Positions 19,606-29,060 of a stretch of DNA of 64,000 nt are shown in pieces. The notes beneath the pieces were generated by a model. The model did no database searches, was not told the DNA's origin, and saw nothing but the letters and a program-made list of their open reading frames with translations. A program made the translations under genes and the position numbers. Where the stretch lies: assembly GCA_963722075.1 (NCBI GenBank), contig CAVRJM010000001.1, positions 1,120,001 to 1,184,000 of the forward strand, given 5' to 3'. The first letter of the stretch is position 1, and every line of letters begins with the position of its first letter. The DNA is from Candidatus Babeliales bacterium (GTDB lineage: Bacteria > Babelota > Babeliae > Babelales > JANWKD01).

Positions 19606-21327
19606 ATGCATCTTTATTTAATTATTTTTTTAGCACTTTCTTTTTCAACTATTTCTCTGCCCATGGAGCATGATTCTGATGTTCTCATGCAGGATAAATT
19701 GCCACCACCTAACGCGAAATCCTGTGTGCAAGATTTAGACATCTTATATACAAAAAATAGTTCAGTAGCATGGAAAGGGTTATGGATTCTTAATAATCTT
19801 CTTAAGAAAAAATCATCGAATGATCTATTAACTTATTATAGAGATATGCTCAGAGCCACCCTAGGTGCAACAAATAAACCCTTATTCATTGATTATTTTA
19901 TCCCTCGTTTAAACGACCTCATTAGAACAGCTCCCCTATTATCCGATGAATCAGCACTCATGGATTCATTAGAAAGTATTATTTCATTACTCAATGAACA
20001 ATATCCAACTGAGGCATTAAAACATACCGCTCGATTAATAAAAAAACGAAAACTAAATGATCGCAAAGGAAAGCAACGAATCAGATATGATGCGCCCGAA
20101 CAATCACATTCTAATGGCACTGAAAAAAATACCATCGATATCGATGCTTTAGAAAAATCGCATAATGGATCAGTGCTCAATTTTACTAAAAAATTTGAAG
20201 ATTTTATTACATCAAAAATGGGAAATTCTCGTGACCAGCTTATTGGCAATTTAGCCGATTTTATTGGTACCCATTACCAATCGCACCCCTGGGTTTCTGC
20301 TTATTGCTATTTAAAAATGCATCTGACACCTTCCAACAGTCAAGATACACTTTTCTTTGCGCTCATGGAAAGCATTAATAGTACGTGTCTACCGCATTTA
20401 TGCCAAAATAAACAAATACAAGAATTTATTGATTCTTTCACCCAAGATGCACAACCATTAGAAATTGAAGAAGCAACACCTGCTTATTTATATGATCCAC
20501 TTAGCATTACAACGGATCTCGGGGATCAACCATGCTTATGTATTGCCCAAAAAAATCTACTAATTATCGCAGATAAGGATTTAACTATCTATGATGTTGC
20601 AAAAAAAGCGTCGGTTGCTGCTCATCCCCTGACTACTGGTATTATTGCTCTTTGTCATACGCCGGTTACTGCATATCTTCCACCAACGATCATGACTGAC
20701 TTATTACCGTATGGTGATAAACTATATCTATTATCATCAAATAATAACACTATTAAATCAGCTTTACTTTCTCCCGGTCATGATTATTTGCTTACTCTCG
20801 ATTCAGACAATACTCTTTACGCTCTTAATATTGAAGAAGAATATAATCGTAGACAATCCAATGCTAAAGAAGAAGGGCATCAGCGGATTGCAACCCAGAG
20901 TTCTTTAGATTCTGTATTATTTTTAAATAATCACAAATGTTTAGTGGGCAATTACCCTATGGCCTTGATTTGTAATTTAAAAAAAAGAAAAACTAAATCA
21001 ACAAATTATACTAATTTAAGTTATGCTACCTTATTAAATAAAATGCTCCTTACGGTGCAAGATCATACCACCCTGCATCTTTGGGACCGCAGCCAACAAA
21101 AGCGAATGATACTGGCTGATGAAAGAAAAATAAGAGGGTTAGTAAGTTTTTCGGATTTTGCAGTAGTTGCCGGTCTTGAAAATATGCTCATTTATCATAA
21201 GGATCACGGACTTATTGAAAATATAGCAGTTAAGGAATCCATTACCGCGCTGCAAAAAACCGAAAACAAATTATTTGTACATTGTTCCGATAATAAATTA
21301 TTAGTATATTCAGCACGAGAAAATTAA
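19606..21327 (+). CDS. Secreted protein with a C-terminal WD40-like beta-propeller
   Basis: Signal peptide followed by MEH; degenerate blades (LTIYDV, LSPGHDYLLT..SDNTL, DHTTLHLWD). Confidence 0.65.
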   Translation: MHLYLIIFLALSFSTISLPMEHDSDVLMQDKLPPPNAKSCVQDLDILYTKNSSVAWKGLWILNNLLKKKSSNDLLTYYRDMLRATLGATNKPLFIDYFIPRLNDLIRTAPLLSDESALMDSLESIISLLNEQYPTEALKHTARLIKKRKLNDRKGKQRIRYDAPEQSHSNGTEKNTIDIDALEKSHNGSVLNFTKKFEDFITSKMGNSRDQLIGNLADFIGTHYQSHPWVSAYCYLKMHLTPSNSQDTLFFALMESINSTCLPHLCQNKQIQEFIDSFTQDAQPLEIEEATPAYLYDPLSITTDLGDQPCLCIAQKNLLIIADKDLTIYDVAKKASVAAHPLTTGIIALCHTPVTAYLPPTIMTDLLPYGDKLYLLSSNNNTIKSALLSPGHDYLLTLDSDNTLYALNIEEEYNRRQSNAKEEGHQRIATQSSLDSVLFLNNHKCLVGNYPMALICNLKKRKTKSTNYTNLSYATLLNKMLLTVQDHTTLHLWDRSQQKRMILADERKIRGLVSFSDFAVVAGLENMLIYHKDHGLIENIAVKESITALQKTENKLFVHCSDNKLLVYSAREN

Positions 21328-21330
21328 TTT

Positions 21331-22563
21331 ATGGTTTTTATATTTTTATTATTTTATTTATTATCTCTTACTCCACTGCAATCCATGGAGGCACCCGAAG
21401 ATGATTCCGTTACTTGTTTAATAGGCATATACAACTTCCACAAAGAGGCAGACATCGAAGCAGAAGGGATCGCTCTTGTAGAAAGCGCACTACAAGAATG
21501 GCTCATTACAAATCAGCCGGCAAAACGAGATTCCATTATTGATAATTTTATAAAATTATTAGAAGGGGCTTGCAAGTACAAAATACCTCCTTTAATAACT
21601 CTTACCTGCGTATATCTTACTAAATATTATAAAAACAATTTTGATACACCTGAAACTGCACCAGAAAAAACTGCAACACAAATACAAGAAACTGCACTGC
21701 GTTTATATAATGAATTGCTCAAACTAAATCCACAAGCAAAACACACAGAATTATTTAAATTGACGCAAATTAAGTCGAGTAATCAGAGTAATATTGTTAC
21801 ACAAGCTTTTATAGCAGAAGCTACTGCCACTCAACCTTATCTGCCACCACGAACTTCGCAACCAACTATAACAACCAAGCCTAAACCCGTTTTTAAAGAC
21901 GATAAACAGAATAGCATTGAACTACGCAGCAGTAATGAAACAACCTTTTACGCAATAGTAGATAAATCACCGATACCCCGTACTGATAACCCTACTAACT
22001 CTTTTATTGCTTCCGATCATTATCTTGTTACTTGCAATAAAAACGATATAAAAGTAGATAATCAAGCGCAAGGGCGTCGTTTTACTCTCCAAGGCCATAC
22101 AGCTCCAATTTTATCAGTACATTTTATTACCACCCATAAATTAATAAGCCGCTCACGCGATGGTTGTATCTTTTTGTGGAATTTAAATAAACAAACTTAC
22201 AAAGTATTATCAAATAATAAAGATGACAAACTACGAGCGCTTGCAATTGCGCAAGGTACTATGTTTAGTCTTCACGATAACCGTATAATCAAATTTTGGG
22301 ATAGAAGTAAAAAAAGCGCATTGCCAGTACATTCCGAGGTGTTGCCAATTATTTCGGATATTGCTCTTTTTAAAAATTGTTTAGTAGCTGCAGTAGCAAC
22401 CTATTTAAAAATATGGCCTAAACATGATAGTTTTTATGAAACTCGCGATATAAACTTAAAGAATTCTTGCCCAATTACTAAATTGAGCGCTTCTGATAAC
22501 CTTTTGATGGCTTTCAATGAACAGGGTAAAGTGCATATTGTAAGTGCCGTAAAAAAAGAGTAA
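21331..22563 (+). CDS. Secreted WD40-repeat protein (paralog of the upstream gene)
   Basis: Canonical blade TLQGHTAPILSV..LISRSRDGCIFLWN; IKFWD; signal peptide followed by MEA. Confidence 0.8.
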   Translation: MVFIFLLFYLLSLTPLQSMEAPEDDSVTCLIGIYNFHKEADIEAEGIALVESALQEWLITNQPAKRDSIIDNFIKLLEGACKYKIPPLITLTCVYLTKYYKNNFDTPETAPEKTATQIQETALRLYNELLKLNPQAKHTELFKLTQIKSSNQSNIVTQAFIAEATATQPYLPPRTSQPTITTKPKPVFKDDKQNSIELRSSNETTFYAIVDKSPIPRTDNPTNSFIASDHYLVTCNKNDIKVDNQAQGRRFTLQGHTAPILSVHFITTHKLISRSRDGCIFLWNLNKQTYKVLSNNKDDKLRALAIAQGTMFSLHDNRIIKFWDRSKKSALPVHSEVLPIISDIALFKNCLVAAVATYLKIWPKHDSFYETRDINLKNSCPITKLSASDNLLMAFNEQGKVHIVSAVKKE

Positions 22564-22569
22564 TAACTA

Positions 22570-23307
22570 ATGAGCCATTACACATTTGTTTTAAATTGGA
22601 AAATGTATTTTTCTTTCGATCAGGCAAAGCAATGGCTTGAAGATAATAAAAACGCGCTCGAAGAATTGGCGCATGATCAATCTTTCATTTTGTGCCCTTC
22701 GCATGAATCATTATGGCTTACCACTGCAGCGCTAGAAGGTGCGGCCATAGAAATAGGAGCACAACAGTGCTCGGCGCATGAACTCGGTGCTTATACAGGT
22801 CAAGTATCAGCTGCTTCATTGCATGATATGGCAATTAACTATTGCCTTGTTGGCCATAGCGAAGCGCGCATGGCATTTCATGAAACTAATGAGCAGTTGT
22901 ATAAAAAACTAGAATTGCTTACCAAGTTTGGAATAATTCCCATTTTTTGTATCGGAGAAACGCTTAAGGAGCATGAACAAAAAAAAACGTACGAGGTGCT
23001 CCATCAACAAGTAGAACCATTACTACGAGCTACTTCATTACATAACACTCCTTATTTTATTGCCTATGAACCTGTTTGGGCTATCGGTACTGGCAATGTT
23101 GCTTCTGCTTATTATATTCAGGAAGTATTAGCCTGGATAAAGGATATATTCACAAATGCTACCGCACCAATCACGCTATTTTATGGGGGTACCGTTAATG
23201 CTGACACGATTGAATCTTTAAAAGCAATTCCACTTATTGATGGCTTTTTAATTGGAAAAGCAAGTACAAATTTTCAAGAATTAAAAAAAATTGTATCATT
23301 GATGTAA
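22570..23307 (+). CDS. tpiA: Triosephosphate isomerase
   Basis: NWKM, GAYTG, GHSE.R, AYEPVWAIGTG, YGG.V, DGFLIG.AS. Confidence 0.96.
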   Translation: MSHYTFVLNWKMYFSFDQAKQWLEDNKNALEELAHDQSFILCPSHESLWLTTAALEGAAIEIGAQQCSAHELGAYTGQVSAASLHDMAINYCLVGHSEARMAFHETNEQLYKKLELLTKFGIIPIFCIGETLKEHEQKKTYEVLHQQVEPLLRATSLHNTPYFIAYEPVWAIGTGNVASAYYIQEVLAWIKDIFTNATAPITLFYGGTVNADTIESLKAIPLIDGFLIGKASTNFQELKKIVSLM

Positions 23308-23334
23308 ATAGGAATTTGATATTCTGAAATTTGA

Positions 23335-23417
23335 TGGATCCTCACGTCGCTTACGCTCCTCAGGATGACGGGCAGCATTTATGTCATTCTGAGGCCTTTA
23401 GACCGTAAGAATCCAGG
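23335..23417. repeat. Type-A palindrome pair
   Basis: TGGATCCTCACGTCGCTTACGCTCCTCAGGATGAC ... GTCATTCTGAGGCCTTTAGACCGTAAGAATCCAGG. Confidence 0.85.
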
Positions 23418-23441
23418 TATACATATAAATAATCTTAATTA

Positions 23442-23780
23442 TTGGAGAAAAATATGATCTATGGCTTATTATTAACACTCTATTTGATAGTATGCTTATT
23501 CCTTATCCTATTGGTTCTGATTCAAAAGGGTAAAAGCTCTATGGGAATTGGTAACTTAGGTGGTGGCGTTCAAATGCTTTTTGGCGGGTCAGGTGGCCAA
23601 GATTTATTCCAAAAAACCACGTGGGCATTAGGAGCTATCTTTATGGCTGGTTCATTATTTTTATCTATTCTTAAAACACATCAATATAATCAATCACGCT
23701 ATATTACAGAACGCCCAGCCATCACCATGCCTAAAGAAGCTCCGGTAAAACCTGAAGCTCCTGCACCAACGCCACAATAA
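23442..23780 (+). CDS. secG: Preprotein translocase subunit SecG
   Basis: LILLVLIQ.GK...G..GGG...LFG, two TM helices; follows tpiA. Confidence 0.92.
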   Translation: MEKNMIYGLLLTLYLIVCLFLILLVLIQKGKSSMGIGNLGGGVQMLFGGSGGQDLFQKTTWALGAIFMAGSLFLSILKTHQYNQSRYITERPAITMPKEAPVKPEAPAPTPQ

Positions 23781-23784
23781 AACT

Positions 23785-24558
23785 ATGGTTATATCTCTGA
23801 TCAATTCTATTGGTAGTTATGTTATATCAATGTGTAATATGATGGGGCTATTTGCACTTTTTTTATTGAACGTCATAAAGACCGCATTCACTACTAAACT
23901 TAAAATGAAAAAGGTGCTAGCGCAACTTGATGAAATTGGCTTTAACTCGCTGGTGATCGTTGTTTTAACGGGCACCTTCACCGGTGCGGTATTAGCATTG
24001 CAAACGTATATCGGGGTGCGCCGGTATGGTGGTGAAGAATTTATCGGGCCCATTGTTGCACTAAGTATGGCACGAGAATTGGGGCCGGTGATTACCGGCT
24101 TAATGGTAACGGGCCGCTCGGGATCTGCAATTGCAGCAGAAATAGGAACCATGCGCATCACTGAACAAATTGATGCGTTACAAACCTTACGCATTAATCC
24201 TTTACAATATTTAGTAGTGCCACGCCTTTTGGCAGGCGCTTTTATTTTACCGTTTCTTACGATGTTTTCGGTAATTTGCGGCATTATCGGCGGCTATTTT
24301 ATTGCTACCAGCGTTTTGGGCCTTAATGGAAACCAATATATTAACGGCATCAAGAAGTATTTAGAATATTCTGATGTTACCAATGGTCTTATTAAATCAA
24401 GTGTTTTTGGATTTATTTTAACCTGGGTAGGCGCCTTTAAAGGGTACCTTGCTGATGGTGGTGCGCGCGGTGTTGGTTTGGCTACCACGCAAAGTGTGGT
24501 CATGGGATCTATATTGCTACTGCTCGCTAATTATTTCTTAACCTCAGCACTGTTTTAA
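23785..24558 (+). CDS. mlaE: MlaE-family ABC permease
   Basis: RELGPV.T.L...GRSGSAIAAEIGTMRITEQIDAL, GGA.GVG.ATT..VV. Confidence 0.93.
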   Translation: MVISLINSIGSYVISMCNMMGLFALFLLNVIKTAFTTKLKMKKVLAQLDEIGFNSLVIVVLTGTFTGAVLALQTYIGVRRYGGEEFIGPIVALSMARELGPVITGLMVTGRSGSAIAAEIGTMRITEQIDALQTLRINPLQYLVVPRLLAGAFILPFLTMFSVICGIIGGYFIATSVLGLNGNQYINGIKKYLEYSDVTNGLIKSSVFGFILTWVGAFKGYLADGGARGVGLATTQSVVMGSILLLLANYFLTSALF

Positions 24559-24656
24559 AAGTACAGAGTAGGAATTTTTCATGACCTAATACGCTGTATA
24601 CATGGCCACGAATTATACATTTTATATTCAAAGCCTAAAAAAGATGTATTAAAAGT

Positions 24657-24892
24657 CGTCGTTGCGAGCTTGCGAAGCAATCCAGGCTAAAAACGAGCCG
24701 GTATATAGCAGCAAAAAGTAATATTATAACATTATGATTTTTTACTATTCCAGAAAACAAATAAAAGAGAAAATAATATAATTATTCATCAAATTAATAA
24801 ATTAATACTAAGATAATTGTAAGTAACAAACATAACAAAACATAAAGAAATTTATAACTGAACCTGGATTGCTTCGTAAACTCGCAACGACG
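24657..24892. repeat. Inverted type-A pair around a ~175-bp AT-rich spacer (MITE/REPIN-like)
   Basis: GTCGTTGCGAGCTTGCGAAGCAATCCAGG (24658-24686) and CCTGGATTGCTTCGTAAACTCGCAACGAC (24863-24891); lies between mlaE and mlaF. Confidence 0.85.
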
Positions 24893-24958
24893 TATTGCAG
24901 ATTCAAGGCAATTGGTCAGGAGTAAGATCTTCTTGCATGCAAAAGCAAAGATGTAGAA

Positions 24959-25714
24959 ATGATTAAAATTATTAATTTACGTAAAAAATTTGATCATCGC
25001 TGGATTACCGATGGGGTCGATTTAGAAATTCCTGAAGGTAAGATGACGGTTGTTATCGGAAGGTCTGGTGAAGGTAAATCGGTATTACTCAAACAAATTA
25101 TTGGCCTTATTACTCCCACTTCAGGTGAAATTATTGTTGATGGCATAGATATTGTACCAATTGCGCAAAAAAACCCTGATGAAATTTTTAAACAATTTGG
25201 TTATGTATTTCAATTTGCAGCACTACTTGATTCTTTAAATGTGTTTGAAAATGTTGGTATCAGCTTACTAGAACAAGGAATGCCGCCGCAACAAGTGTTA
25301 CCAATCGTTAAAGAACGCTTAAAAATGGTTAATTTAAAAGAAGAGATTCTCAATCGAATGCCATCAGAAATATCAGGTGGTATGAGAAAGCGGGTAGGGC
25401 TTGCGCGCACGCTTATTAGTAAGCCAAAAATTATTCTCTATGATGAACCAACCACCGGTCTGGATCCAATTACCTCACGCGTTATTCATGAACTTATGTT
25501 TGATATGCAAAAGCAGCTTAATATCACGTCTATTGTTATTTCGCATGACGTTGAAATTTTTAAATACGCCGATTATGTTGCCTTATTGCATGAAGGCAAG
25601 ATTCGCTTTCATGGGGACGCCAAAACCATTTGGGAATCAGATAACCCCTATATTTATCAATTCATTCGCGGCCTCACTGAAGGGCCTATTCAAACAGAAG
25701 CTAAACAGGCATAA
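24959..25714 (+). CDS. mlaF: MlaF-family ABC ATPase
   Basis: GRSGEGKS, FQFAALLDSL, ISGGMRKRVGLAR, YDEPTTGLDP. Confidence 0.92.
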   Translation: MIKIINLRKKFDHRWITDGVDLEIPEGKMTVVIGRSGEGKSVLLKQIIGLITPTSGEIIVDGIDIVPIAQKNPDEIFKQFGYVFQFAALLDSLNVFENVGISLLEQGMPPQQVLPIVKERLKMVNLKEEILNRMPSEISGGMRKRVGLARTLISKPKIILYDEPTTGLDPITSRVIHELMFDMQKQLNITSIVISHDVEIFKYADYVALLHEGKIRFHGDAKTIWESDNPYIYQFIRGLTEGPIQTEAKQA

Positions 25715-25723
25715 GCCAACCAT

Positions 25724-25823
25724 GTCATCCCGATCCGCCGCCGCGCAGCTTTGGAGATACAAGGCCTATCCCATCGAAGTTATTTATTCCGCTTTTGTCA
25801 TCCCGAGCTCGCGTGGGGATCCA
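25724..25823. repeat. Type-A partial unit with type-B insert, plus a full type-A unit
   Basis: GTCATCCCGATCC[...] followed by GTCATCCCGAGCTCGCGTGGGGATCCA. Confidence 0.8.
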
Positions 25824-25929
25824 TTAATTAATCCCTAGCAATCCTCCCTTAATCATTGTTTCTATTTGAATTTTTTTATAGAAAAAAGCAACTTTAATAG
25901 TAAAAACAGCTTACGGCAAGCCTTTCTTA

Positions 25930-25957
25930 TTGACACAAATCATATTATTGTTATAAT
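25930..25957 (+). promoter_or_regulatory. Consensus sigma70 promoter
   Basis: TTGACA-16 bp-TATAAT with an extended -10 TG, about 75 bp upstream of the 26031 ORF. Confidence 0.65.
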
Positions 25958-26030
25958 TGTAATTTGAATGGATATTTTTAGATAAATAATTACAAACAAG
26001 TAATTTTCGCGGACAATTCAAGGGATTATA

Positions 26031-27026
26031 ATGGGGACTTTTGCTAAACCATCTTTATTGTTTATTTTACTCCTTTCTGCTGCATTACCAAGCTTTGGCA
26101 TGAATAAAACTAAATCTTTTTTTAAAAAAGGATTAGGAATAGCGGCAACAGTAGGAACAGGAGCATTAGTAGTCACCAATTATGGCCTTTCATTTGCACT
26201 TCCTGGCTCATTAGTTTACTCAAAGATCAAAGGTTCTATTAAGGAAAAGAAAGAATTACCCGAACCACCTGAATCAGTAAAACAATTTATTCAGGCAAAT
26301 TTAGCAATACAAGGAGTCCATAATAGTGATCAAATACAAATAAAACATGAACCAGTAGCAACACAAGCTAAAGCTGCATTGCATAGCCCATCGGTTTTTA
26401 ACAATACTGTTTTTGTTCCTTGTTATCCTAAATATTCACGATCTGAACAAAAAATACTACCACGCTCCATATTACAAGATACATTAGAAAAAAATGATGA
26501 GGATTATTATGAGCACGATAGAAAAATGCAACTAGCTGAACAATCTTTCATATATCGCCATGAAGCAAATCATATTAAATATCACGATACAAAAAAAATT
26601 TTAGGTGTATCTATATTTATTCCATGCGCTATCAAGGGAATATCATTTTTATTAAAAAAATCGTATAGACCAAAACAATTGCTTAAAAATCTCTTAGCAA
26701 TACCTGGCGGCATACTCACAACATATACTAATATTATTTTTTCCACCGCTTATAGAAGAATGACTGAACAACGAGCTGATGATGATATTGTTGCAGATGA
26801 TCCTAAAATACTTAAGGCTGGAATAAAATTCTTTAAACAAATGCAACGATATGAGCCCCATGAAAGAATCCCCGCTTCTTTTTCTGATCATTTATTGAAA
26901 ATAGCTACTAACATACGTACCCATCCTCGTCTTCAGCACCGCATTAATCGTTTAAAAGAGCGTAAGAAGGCACTTGAGGGATTAAAGCATAAAAAAATAA
27001 AAAAAACAAAATGGAATAATTATTAG
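26031..27026 (+). CDS. Secreted M48-like zinc metallopeptidase
   Basis: HEANH, EQRADD, THP.L..RI; signal peptide and hydrophobic segments. Confidence 0.75.
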   Translation: MGTFAKPSLLFILLLSAALPSFGMNKTKSFFKKGLGIAATVGTGALVVTNYGLSFALPGSLVYSKIKGSIKEKKELPEPPESVKQFIQANLAIQGVHNSDQIQIKHEPVATQAKAALHSPSVFNNTVFVPCYPKYSRSEQKILPRSILQDTLEKNDEDYYEHDRKMQLAEQSFIYRHEANHIKYHDTKKILGVSIFIPCAIKGISFLLKKSYRPKQLLKNLLAIPGGILTTYTNIIFSTAYRRMTEQRADDDIVADDPKILKAGIKFFKQMQRYEPHERIPASFSDHLLKIATNIRTHPRLQHRINRLKERKKALEGLKHKKIKKTKWNNY

Positions 27027-27048
27027 GAGCTTTTTAGAGGACAATCAT

Positions 27049-27291
27049 ATGTATAAATATTTATATCTCCTGCTTTTTCTATCGTTACCCTGCATCGCCA
27101 TGGATCGCAGCGTATCGCATAAACGGAATTCAAATGCTTCATTTTATTTAGGAAAAAATGTAACAACATTCTCTCTAGAACGACTTCAGCTCCAAAGAGA
27201 GATTGAAGATGCAAAACTAAAGCAAGAAGAAGTGCGCGAGCAAATGAAACAACCCGAAAGTTATTTTAGTAGGTTTTTTGGCAATAATTAA
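27049..27291 (+). CDS. Small secreted hypothetical protein
   Basis: GAGGA RBS; signal peptide followed by MDR. Confidence 0.65.
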   Translation: MYKYLYLLLFLSLPCIAMDRSVSHKRNSNASFYLGKNVTTFSLERLQLQREIEDAKLKQEEVREQMKQPESYFSRFFGNN

Positions 27292-27713
27292 AATAGTTTA
27301 TTTTTTATACGCCTAAATAAGCCATGCACTTCATAATCATTAATGGCGGTATTAAAAAATGCTTTAGCTCCTAAAATATTGATTCCATATCCTAAACTTC
27401 CCAAACTTACCGCTCCCCAAAAAGCGCCAACAGCAAGAGTTAATTTATCTAACTTTTTTTCGTTAAAAATTGATAAAGCTCCTAACCCAGTGATTACCCC
27501 AAATCCCGTCATCAAATAGCCGGTTGGTCGCTGGCTAGCAATCTTGGTGCCTGCCAGATTTTTTCGCTGTTCCTGCCGCTGCTGTAAGTTTTTTTGTTTG
27601 GCTTTTACTATTTGTTGCTGCAAATGACGTATTTCTTCTTGTTTCTCTGCCTCCGTCTGCATAGAATGAGCAAAAGCCGGCATTAAGAGAAGTAAAAGAA
27701 TATAATGAATCAT
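27288..27713 (-). CDS. Secreted/membrane hypothetical protein
   Basis: Signal peptide followed by MQT, coiled coil, two hydrophobic helices. Confidence 0.7.
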   Translation of the reverse strand: MIHYILLLLLMPAFAHSMQTEAEKQEEIRHLQQQIVKAKQKNLQQRQEQRKNLAGTKIASQRPTGYLMTGFGVITGLGALSIFNEKKLDKLTLAVGAFWGAVSLGSLGYGINILGAKAFFNTAINDYEVHGLFRRIKNKLF

Positions 27714-27924
27714 ATTATTTTTTCCTTTAATTTATATCCCTCATATATTTATAAACTACCATAAAATCGGTCTTTTGGGAAAAGCCATGATTTAATAGCA
27801 GAGCAGAATAATATTTCTAATATAAATTATTATTGTTTTAATAAATTCACCTGAGATCAATTTGACACTAATGCAAATTTTTGAAATAGTAAATATATAT
27901 AATTCAAAAAACAGATAGGGACCT

Positions 27925-28965
27925 ATGTTATTTCAATTAATCTATATACTACTTTTTACCATAACTATTTTTAAACCAATTTACACACAAGAACCATCAG
28001 CTGCTGCTGCTGCTGAAAAAAATAGCTATCCGGCTACATATTATAACTATGAATATAATGAAAAAAATTTAGAGGGAATGTTCAATATACCTGGATGCCA
28101 AGGCGGCCCAGATTGCCAATGCAGCAGCGCAGTACTTTATAAAAACTGCACCAATTCATTTATATGCGAGTCGGTAATTAATGAAAATGGTAACGGTATT
28201 GCCTGTTCAGTATCTGTATCTGAAGAAAACCCTTACTTTGAACAATTAATTTCAATTGCAGCCAATAACAGTAATAAATGCATAGAAAAATTTGAAGAAA
28301 CCATAAGGGAAGCGGAGCAAGCTTTACATGAACAACAGGATGGCCAAGACTCTCAAGAACTAAAAGAAGCATATACAATATTGAAAAATGCCACAAATGA
28401 ATATAGAAAATACAGCTCACCAGAACAAATTAAAGACAGCCTTTATCGACATACAGATGGGAAAAAGTATATTACTAATATATTTTTAAACCCACGCAGA
28501 CCACTTATTTTTTATTCAAAAGAATTTTTAGAAAAACGATTTAAAAATATTTCATCTGAATATTTAAAAAATTTTCTTGAAAATGAAGCAATGATTCCGA
28601 TGGGAATTTTAGTAACGCATTTGGCAAAGCAACAAACTGAACGCCTTTTAGCATTTGTTGTTCTTTGCAAGTTTGTAATACAACCAGATAAAGAACATCT
28701 CGTTGATTCAAGCTTTATTTATCATGACAAATTCGGCCCTTTTATGGTTGCCGCCCTTGCATTAGACGTAGATTGCCCTGATAGGTATATATTCAAAAAA
28801 ACTTCAGAGTCTGATGAATATCAATTTTTAGAACTACATGAATCAATAACGCCTCCACATTATATTGATGGCTTTACCATATCTAAAGGATATCAAAAAC
28901 TTAAAAAAGAGAAGCCTGATATTTTTGAAAAAGGTTTTATTACAATCTCAGAGTCATCAAATTAG
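27925..28965 (+). CDS. Secreted hypothetical protein
   Basis: 346 aa ORF, signal peptide, Cys-rich N-terminal part. Confidence 0.7.
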   Translation: MLFQLIYILLFTITIFKPIYTQEPSAAAAAEKNSYPATYYNYEYNEKNLEGMFNIPGCQGGPDCQCSSAVLYKNCTNSFICESVINENGNGIACSVSVSEENPYFEQLISIAANNSNKCIEKFEETIREAEQALHEQQDGQDSQELKEAYTILKNATNEYRKYSSPEQIKDSLYRHTDGKKYITNIFLNPRRPLIFYSKEFLEKRFKNISSEYLKNFLENEAMIPMGILVTHLAKQQTERLLAFVVLCKFVIQPDKEHLVDSSFIYHDKFGPFMVAALALDVDCPDRYIFKKTSESDEYQFLELHESITPPHYIDGFTISKGYQKLKKEKPDIFEKGFITISESSN

Positions 28966-29060
28966 TTATTTATAGCATTTTTCTCAATTTCTTGATTTTT
29001 AGAAGATCTTTATCGGTAGACTACCAATAAAGATCTTTTTTACTTTAATGAAGAATCTCT

